Positions 25,131 through 30,786 of a stretch of 30,786 nt of DNA are shown here, in pieces. The notes below the pieces were generated by a model. The model worked only from the letters and a program-made list of their open reading frames with translations, was not told the origin of the DNA and ran no database searches. Every line of letters starts with the position of its first letter. Position 1 is the first letter of the stretch. The DNA comes from an uncultured virus (IMG/VR IMGVR_UViG_3300021335_000008) (lineage: Duplodnaviria; Heunggongvirae; Uroviricota; Caudoviricetes; Demerecviridae): the IMG/VR virus record IMGVR_UViG_3300021335_000008. The stretch is one strand, 5' to 3'. The position numbers and the translations under genes are program-made.

Positions 25131-25489
25131 CTCGTTTTCTACTCCTGTTGTTTGTAAGTGGGTCAGCAATGGCCCACGAACTTACACCGACATATCCTGA
25201 GTTACGTCCTTCGTATATGAATGATATACTTGAAGCGAAATTGAAAATGTGGAATGCTCGCGTGGATGTAGAATATTATAAGATTGAAGTCACGGACGAA
25301 GACTGGAATGATGTCCCTTTCATAACTACAGAGAAAGTGTTTAGATTAAACTATCTGGGTAGGAGAGACATTAGTGTATTTCTTCCGAGTGACACATCTG
25401 CCAAGTACATATGTACCAAGTCGATGTTAAAAAAAGGAAGTGCTGGAAAAAGCATTATATCATCAAAAGTTTGTTCGAAGATTAAGTGA
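25115..25489 (+). CDS. exported Ig-fold protein resembling a pilus chaperone
   Basis: Signal peptide (AMA-HE), L.MWN....YY.IEV, alternating beta pattern, two Cys. Confidence 0.5.
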   Translation: MYSAVTRFLLLLFVSGSAMAHELTPTYPELRPSYMNDILEAKLKMWNARVDVEYYKIEVTDEDWNDVPFITTEKVFRLNYLGRRDISVFLPSDTSAKYICTKSMLKKGSAGKSIISSKVCSKIK

Positions 25490-25890
25490 GGCCTCGTATG
25501 AGACTCTTTTACATACTATTACTGATACCTTCAGTAGCTTTCGGTCAGTCGGTAAATTTACAGATGCCGGGGTCGCCACAAAGTTACCAGTCGGATCGAT
25601 TTAGGCACGGAGATATGGATTGCTCCAACGCTATCGGTTCATCCACGAACTTGGAGTTTGGAGTTCTTGGACTTATTGACGAACCAGACTATTTGATGCA
25701 GAATTATAGTACGGGCGGCACATCTACAGGTGTGTATGCTCGTATAACAATACCGTTGGACAAACCAAAGGAACGAATAAATTGTAACACATTATATCAA
25801 CTTGCACTAGAAAGAGAAAGATTGGAGGTGCAGAGACTGAAGCAAGAGGTGGCAAACCTTCGAGCACTTCAGTTTGAGAACGATAACTGA
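25486..25890 (+). CDS. exported protein (Cys-flanked beta hairpin plus coiled coil)
   Basis: Signal peptide (AFG-QS), LEFGV...GVYARITIPL, C-terminal heptad helix. Confidence 0.7.
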   Translation: MRPRMRLFYILLLIPSVAFGQSVNLQMPGSPQSYQSDRFRHGDMDCSNAIGSSTNLEFGVLGLIDEPDYLMQNYSTGGTSTGVYARITIPLDKPKERINCNTLYQLALERERLEVQRLKQEVANLRALQFENDN

Positions 25891-26369
25891 TGGCAGAATT
25901 TGAATTTGCTGGAATGACATTTAAGGGCGGAAAGGCTGCAATAGTCTTTACTGCCCTTTCTACGTTAGGGGGAGCGCTTTGGGCAGGCTTTGAGTTCTAC
26001 AAAGACTACATGGATATGCGAGAGATTGTAGCAAATATTGATGTAGGAGCAATTGATGCTCGAAATTCTGTAATTGAAACTCAACTTGAAGAAGCAATTG
26101 CTTATACTCGTGATATTAAAAATGGGTTAAAAGATGATATTACCCGAATTGAACGTGTAACAGATAGTACAAGTGCACGAGTAAAAGATATACAAACTGA
26201 CATTGATGAAAGACTAAGAGATATGTCTAGCCTTACTCGAGAAACAGAAAAAGATGTACGAGATACAATGCGAGACGTAGAAAACCGCATTGAAGCCGAT
26301 ATGGAGAAACTCGAAGATGATTTGGAAGAAAGGTTACAAAAAGCTTTAGACAATCCGTTAGCGGACTAA
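25890..26369 (+). CDS. membrane-anchored long coiled-coil protein
   Basis: One N-terminal TM helix then heptad repeats; TGATG coupling. Confidence 0.75.
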   Translation: MAEFEFAGMTFKGGKAAIVFTALSTLGGALWAGFEFYKDYMDMREIVANIDVGAIDARNSVIETQLEEAIAYTRDIKNGLKDDITRIERVTDSTSARVKDIQTDIDERLRDMSSLTRETEKDVRDTMRDVENRIEADMEKLEDDLEERLQKALDNPLAD

Positions 26370-26386
26370 GGTACCAAAAATAAACC

Positions 26387-26415
26387 TTGACTTTGCAACT
26401 GGCATGGAGTAGAAT
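26387..26415 (+). promoter_or_regulatory. promoter for terS, probably leaderless
   Basis: TTGACT-17-TAGAAT, ATG 6 nt downstream. Confidence 0.7.
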
Positions 26416-26421
26416 TGCAAA

Positions 26422-26886
26422 ATGGGTAAAGAAGTAACAACAATATCGCCAGAAGGTCTTGAAGTAGCCAATTGTTATTTGCAGTATGGTAACATTCGCG
26501 CTGTCTGCGATTTCATGGGAGTACCCGAAAATCAAGTCGTTGAGGTTCTCAACAAGCGTGAAGTAAAGAAATATATTGATACCGTATACTTGGATATGGG
26601 GTATCGAAACAAAAATAATATTGCTACTGTACTCGATGAGATGATTGCAAGCAAGCTGGAAGAAGCACAAGAAACTGGTGTATACTCTTCAAAAGACCTT
26701 GCAGACTTACTACAGATGGCACACAAAATGCGCATGGATGAAATCAAAGCGCAAGCAGATTTACTAAAAGCCGAAACGACTAATATTCGTAATCAAACAA
26801 ACGTTCAGATAAACGATGCAGCTCTTCCATTCGGACAAGGTAATTATGGTAAACTCATGGAGAAGTTGTTAAATGGATCTGAATGA
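26422..26886 (+). CDS. terS: terminase small subunit, T5-like
   Basis: SPEG.EV...YLQ, EVK.Y, G.RN, VLDE.I..KLEE..ETG, AHKM, QTNVQ and NY..L recalled from T5 TerS. Confidence 0.88.
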   Translation: MGKEVTTISPEGLEVANCYLQYGNIRAVCDFMGVPENQVVEVLNKREVKKYIDTVYLDMGYRNKNNIATVLDEMIASKLEEAQETGVYSSKDLADLLQMAHKMRMDEIKAQADLLKAETTNIRNQTNVQINDAALPFGQGNYGKLMEKLLNGSE

Positions 26887-27076
26887 TAGAGTACGAGAGA
26901 TTGAAGTCGAAATGGCTCAACACGAAGCGCAGTGCGAAGAGCGCTGGAAAACTACGTTTAATCGTCTCATGAATATTGAAGACGGGCTAAAGCGTATCGA
27001 AAACCGAATAATGGTAGCAGGAGGCAGTATTATAATTTTCCTCGCAGGAGTAATTGTAACATTACTCATGGGCTAG
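26873..27076 (+). CDS. coiled-coil protein with C-terminal TM (XhlA/holin-like)
   Basis: HEAQCEERW coiled coil followed by a hydrophobic tail. Confidence 0.65.
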   Translation: MDLNDRVREIEVEMAQHEAQCEERWKTTFNRLMNIEDGLKRIENRIMVAGGSIIIFLAGVIVTLLMG

Positions 27077-27079
27077 TGA

Positions 27080-27208
27080 GTGAGACAACCAATTGAATAT
27101 GAATTTCAACCAAAACGACGGAGATTTTTAAAAGACTTTATTTTTGCATGCTCTATAGGATTTAATATAGGGTTAATCATCGGGCTACTAATGTTAGCCT
27201 TTTCCTAG
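27080..27208 (+). CDS. small membrane protein
   Basis: GTG start, 42 aa, C-terminal TM helix. Confidence 0.45.
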   Translation: MRQPIEYEFQPKRRRFLKDFIFACSIGFNIGLIIGLLMLAFS

Positions 27209-27217
27209 GAGATAATT

Positions 27218-27397
27218 ATGGAAATTTTTCAACGAGGAGCCTCCTGGGTTTGGCAGAAAAAACCCGGAGTCGAGCACGTGTGTAACACAAAAGAAGAAGC
27301 TTATGCAGCAGCAGGCATGAAAATGCCCGCTGAAATCCCAGTACCCGAAGTTCGGGAATACGATACCTTAGAGGAGGCTATCGCAGAGGAAGACTAA
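27218..27397 (+). CDS. small acidic hypothetical protein (59 aa)
   Basis: AGGAG SD; TAATG coupling. Confidence 0.65.
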   Translation: MEIFQRGASWVWQKKPGVEHVCNTKEEAYAAAGMKMPAEIPVPEVREYDTLEEAIAEED

Positions 27398-27561
27398 TGC
27401 CAGCAGGTAAAGGTACTTACGGTAAAAAGCGTGGACGCCCAGCAAAGAAGGGCAAGAAGAAAAAGTCTATGGGCGGTTTAACAGCGGCCCAAAAGAAGTT
27501 GCCTCCAGCACTACGAAAGGCCCTTATGAAGAAGAAGCGTGGCGGTAAGAAGAAGAAGTAA
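27397..27561 (+). CDS. very basic small protein (54 aa)
   Basis: MPAGKGTYGKKRGRPAKKGKKKK...GGKKKK. Confidence 0.7.
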   Translation: MPAGKGTYGKKRGRPAKKGKKKKSMGGLTAAQKKLPPALRKALMKKKRGGKKKK

Positions 27562-27727
27562 GCGTAAAAGCGCTAAAAAACGCCCCGTGCCTACAAACAA
27601 AAAGTTGTACGCACGAGTAAAAGCACAAGCAAAGCGTAAATTTAAAGTTTATCCTTCAGCTTATGCAAACGGTTGGCTTGTAAAAACTTACAAAGCACAA
27701 GGCGGTAAATACCGCATGGGAAAGTAA
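27539..27727 (+). CDS. very basic small protein
   Basis: LYARVK..AK.KF.VYPSAYANG.LV..YK..GG.Y. Confidence 0.7.
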   Translation: MAVRRRSKRKSAKKRPVPTNKKLYARVKAQAKRKFKVYPSAYANGWLVKTYKAQGGKYRMGK

Positions 27728-27808
27728 GATGGAATTTATACTTGGTATGGTAGTAGGTGCATTACTACATTGGTCCTGGAAAAAGTGGGGACATAAGCTT
27801 ACACTCTA

Positions 27809-28099
27809 ATGGCTAAGCCAAAAGGTGGACTTACTAAGTGGTTCAAAGAAAAATGGGTAGATATCTCCCGTCCAAAAAAGGGCGGGGGTTATCACGCCTG
27901 CGGTCGAAAGACTTCAAAGAAAGGAAAATATCCAAAATGCGTTCCTGCAGCAAAAGCAGCTCGTATGACAAAAGCTCAGAAAAAATCCGCTATTCGTCGT
28001 AAAAGAGCAGCAGGCAATCCAGGAGGCAAGCCGACTATGGTAAAAACATTTACCAAGCGGAAAGCGAGAATGAGACGTGGCGGCAAGAAGAAAAGGTAG
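27809..28099 (+). CDS. very basic protein
   Basis: GGL.KWF.EKWVD...CGR...YPKC.P. Confidence 0.75.
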   Translation: MAKPKGGLTKWFKEKWVDISRPKKGGGYHACGRKTSKKGKYPKCVPAAKAARMTKAQKKSAIRRKRAAGNPGGKPTMVKTFTKRKARMRRGGKKKR

Positions 28100-28382
28100 A
28101 AAGAAAGATCCTCGTTTAGCACGTGCACGGGTAAAAGGGTATAACAAACCTCGTCGTACTCCAGGCCACCCAAAGAAGTCCCATATTGTCGTAGCAAAGG
28201 TAGGTGACAAAATCAAAACGATTCGATTTGGGCAAAAAGGTGCAAAGACTGCAGGAAAGCCAAAGAAAGGCGAAAGTGCCGCAATGAAAGCAAAGCGTAA
28301 GAGTTTTAAAGCTCGTCACGCAAAGAATATTGCAAAAGGCAAGATGTCAGCAGCGTACTGGGCTGATAAGGTGAAATGGTAA
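28077..28382 (+). CDS. very basic protein
   Basis: K.IRFGQ.G...SF.ARH.......SAAYWA...KW. Confidence 0.75.
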   Translation: MAARRKGRKKDPRLARARVKGYNKPRRTPGHPKKSHIVVAKVGDKIKTIRFGQKGAKTAGKPKKGESAAMKAKRKSFKARHAKNIAKGKMSAAYWADKVKW

Positions 28383-28780
28383 TGTTTGATCGTCAAGTTG
28401 AAGAGCTAAACTCAAGCTGGGCATATAAGTATGATATTGACCAGTACGCAAAGCGAGAACACTGGCAAATCATGAAAGAGCACCCTTACGTAGGTGATTG
28501 TGAAGATTACGCGCTTACGCTACTATATTTAATCAGTGGTAAGTCTATGTGGAAGTTTTGGTTTTATCTTATTACTGGTAAAGCACAAATTCGTAGAGTT
28601 ACTACAAAAAACGGAGGAGGACACGCCGTTCTGCGTTTTGGAAAACACTGGGCAGACAACTGGACTAAGAAGTTTGTCGAGTGGGAGGAAATGGAAAAGC
28701 TAGGGCACAAAAAGTATTACTGGTTCTACCTTCCTCAAGACGTGGCACTTAAACTTGCCATCGCAAAGTGGAAAAAATAG
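28382..28780 (+). CDS. transglutaminase-like cysteine protease (BTLCP/C93-like)
   Basis: GDCEDYA, GHAVL and DN catalytic-triad motifs. Confidence 0.75.
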   Translation: MFDRQVEELNSSWAYKYDIDQYAKREHWQIMKEHPYVGDCEDYALTLLYLISGKSMWKFWFYLITGKAQIRRVTTKNGGGHAVLRFGKHWADNWTKKFVEWEEMEKLGHKKYYWFYLPQDVALKLAIAKWKK

Positions 28781-29106
28781 TGGGAGAAGATATTGAAAAA
28801 GCCGGCTATCATCCAGCAGATGTAAATGGTGATAACAAAGTTGACGACCAAGAAAAAGCGATGTATCTCGAGTTCAAGCGAAAAGAGCTAGAAGACCAAG
28901 ATGCAATGCGAGATGCGCAGCGAAAAATGACATGGTTTGCACTTGCAGGTATGCTACTTTATCCTGCTACAGTAATGACTACAGAGGTCATGGGGCTTCA
29001 TCAAGCTGCAGAAATACTAGGGTCAATGGCTTCAGTATATTTTGTTTCCGTAGCTGGTATTGTAGCTGCATTCTTTGGTGCTCAAGCATGGTCTGGCAAA
29101 AAATAA
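28768..29106 (+). CDS. two-TM holin-like protein with an N-terminal EF-hand-like loop
   Basis: DVNGDNKVDDQE loop; two hydrophobic helices. Confidence 0.55.
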   Translation: MEKIVGEDIEKAGYHPADVNGDNKVDDQEKAMYLEFKRKELEDQDAMRDAQRKMTWFALAGMLLYPATVMTTEVMGLHQAAEILGSMASVYFVSVAGIVAAFFGAQAWSGKK

Positions 29107-29381
29107 CACCATTACTGTTTTTAACAGGATGTGTTGCAATGTCACCAAATCTTGAGATACACGAAGACTTGGTAACAGGGCAGGAGTACTACAGTTTTGA
29201 GCTTGGAGTGTCTTACCCAAAGAAAAAATTTATGACTCCGGAAGAGTGGATAGAGTATCATGAGTCTCCGGATAGCCAAAAGGAAGCACTATATGCTACT
29301 TATAAAGAGCGAGAAGAAATTGAAAAGCGCTGGGAAAACTTTATTGAGAATTGTCTCCTGGCCGGTACGCTGGATTGCTAG
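29088..29381 (+). CDS. putative lipoprotein
   Basis: MVWQKITPLLFLTGC lipobox. Confidence 0.5.
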   Translation: MVWQKITPLLFLTGCVAMSPNLEIHEDLVTGQEYYSFELGVSYPKKKFMTPEEWIEYHESPDSQKEALYATYKEREEIEKRWENFIENCLLAGTLDC

Positions 29382-29562
29382 TTTTTTCTTCAACGAGTGG
29401 GAAGTCACTATTTGGATAGACCCCCAAAAGAAAACAGAGTATCTCTTTAAATGGCTTGATAAATGTGAGCCGAAACACTTGAAAGGACGACTTGTATCTG
29501 GAGAACCTTTTGAGCTACGAACGCAAGAAGCGTTCAATTATCAGATTAAAAAGGTGAAGTAA
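29320..29562 (+). CDS. hypothetical protein
   Basis: ORF track; start uncertain; TAATG coupling downstream. Confidence 0.55.
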   Translation: MKSAGKTLLRIVSWPVRWIASFFFNEWEVTIWIDPQKKTEYLFKWLDKCEPKHLKGRLVSGEPFELRTQEAFNYQIKKVK

Positions 29563-29984
29563 TGCTAGGAATGATTAAAATGCTTCCAATTGTGATACTT
29601 CTTGCAGGAGCAGGATATGCGTATCATACAACTATAGTAAGCCAAAAAGATGCAGTAATTGCAAGGCTAGAAGCAAATGCAGTAACTCTTAAAGAGAATG
29701 CTATGCGACTCGAAACTGCGTTTGAACGAGAGCAGGCAGCACGAGAGCGATCAGAACAAAACTTACAGTCTCAGCTAAAAGCAGTGGGAGATTTGACCGA
29801 AAAGAATAATGCTATGCAGCAAGAAATGGATGGGTACTTGTCTATTTTTAAACGTCATGATATGACTCGTCTTGCAAGAGCAAAACCTGGGTTAATTGAG
29901 CCTAGGATTAACAAAGGAACACAGGCAGTATTTCGTTCCATTGAAGAGGCAAGCAAGGAGGTAGAAAATGCGGATTCTCAGTAG
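29562..29984 (+). CDS. putative i-spanin (Rz-like)
   Basis: N-terminal TM plus coiled coil; overlaps a lipoprotein gene. Confidence 0.65.
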   Translation: MLGMIKMLPIVILLAGAGYAYHTTIVSQKDAVIARLEANAVTLKENAMRLETAFEREQAARERSEQNLQSQLKAVGDLTEKNNAMQQEMDGYLSIFKRHDMTRLARAKPGLIEPRINKGTQAVFRSIEEASKEVENADSQ

Positions 29985-30399
29985 TGTATTACTATTATCA
30001 CTCGGAGGATGCTCGCTACTACAACCGCAACCTCTGCCAGCGCCAGAACCAATTATTAAAACAGTAACAGAGTATAAGACTCTTGAGATATATCAACCTC
30101 CGTTACCAAAAGCAATTGACTTACAAGATGTAGAATTTTTTGTAATTACAGAAAAGAATTTTGAAGAGCAAGTAAAAAAACTTGAAAAAATGCAAAGCGG
30201 TACTTATGTGCTCTTTGGTATTACGCCACAAGACTACGAAAACATGGCGTATAATTTACAAGAGCTGAAAAGATATATTGGTCAGCAAAAAGAAATTATT
30301 ATTTACTATCGTCAAGCTACTCAAGGCGATGAAAACACAGACTCTGAAGATTGGATTGAGCGAAATGAAGAAGTTCTTGACGATCAAAAACAGGACTAA
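29968..30399 (+). CDS. putative o-spanin lipoprotein
   Basis: LGGC lipobox followed by a Pro-rich segment. Confidence 0.65.
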   Translation: MRILSSVLLLSLGGCSLLQPQPLPAPEPIIKTVTEYKTLEIYQPPLPKAIDLQDVEFFVITEKNFEEQVKKLEKMQSGTYVLFGITPQDYENMAYNLQELKRYIGQQKEIIIYYRQATQGDENTDSEDWIERNEEVLDDQKQD

Positions 30400-30402
30400 A
30401 TT

Positions 30403-30786
30403 ATGGCTGTTCAAATTAGTCGAGCAGATGTATCTTGCGGAGAGATACTAGATTTACAATCTGAGACACGCTTCTTAAAGCTGCCTACAGACCCTTACCT
30501 GAGTCTGCTGGGCGTTACACCCTTACCTTCTCAGGTAGCAATTATAAATGCGATTAATAATCCTAAGTACAGATTTGTCTGTGCGGCAGTTTCAAGGCGG
30601 CAAGGCAAAACATATATCGCAAACATAATCGGGCAACTTGTATCGTTAGTTCCCGGTTCTAACATTCTAATCATGTCCCCCAATTACTCGCTGTCTCAGA
30701 TTTCTTTTGACTTACAAAGAAATCTAATTAAGCACTTTGACTTAGAGGTAGCGAAAGATAATGCAAAAGATAAAGTTATTGAGCTG
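30403..30786 (+). CDS. terL: terminase large subunit, 5' part
   Basis: Q.AIINA...P.YRFV.A.VSRRQGKT Walker A and PNYSL, as in T5 TerL; runs off the window. Confidence 0.92.
   Translation, partial: MAVQISRADVSCGEILDLQSETRFLKLPTDPYLSLLGVTPLPSQVAIINAINNPKYRFVCAAVSRRQGKTYIANIIGQLVSLVPGSNILIMSPNYSLSQISFDLQRNLIKHFDLEVAKDNAKDKVIEL

Overview
The window is a 30.8 kb segment of a lytic T5-like (Demerecviridae-type) siphophage, probably infecting a marine gammaproteobacterium (inferred from gene content). Left part (minus strand): T5-syntenic replication genes (DnaB-like helicase, D5, split NAD-dependent ligase ligB/ligA, PC4-like SSB, D3, D2), then a metabolic block (isocitrate lyase, DenV-like glycosylase, peroxiredoxin, alternative oxidase, T4-type lysozyme, a TonB-box-like secreted peptide). 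A short plus-strand operon encodes bS21, a MazG-like enzyme and IscU. The middle holds small early/pre-early genes (three A2-like paralogues, dmp, a GIY-YIG-like nuclease), two ORF-free, strongly base-paired regions that look like ncRNAs, and a non-coding array of consensus sigma70 promoters next to a perfect parS palindrome. Right part (plus strand): a tail fibre/RBP module, a six-gene operon of exported proteins with pilin-like and chaperone-like members, terS, very basic small proteins, putative lysis/spanin genes and the start of terL. All assignments come from motif recognition by eye; no database searches or folding programs were run.
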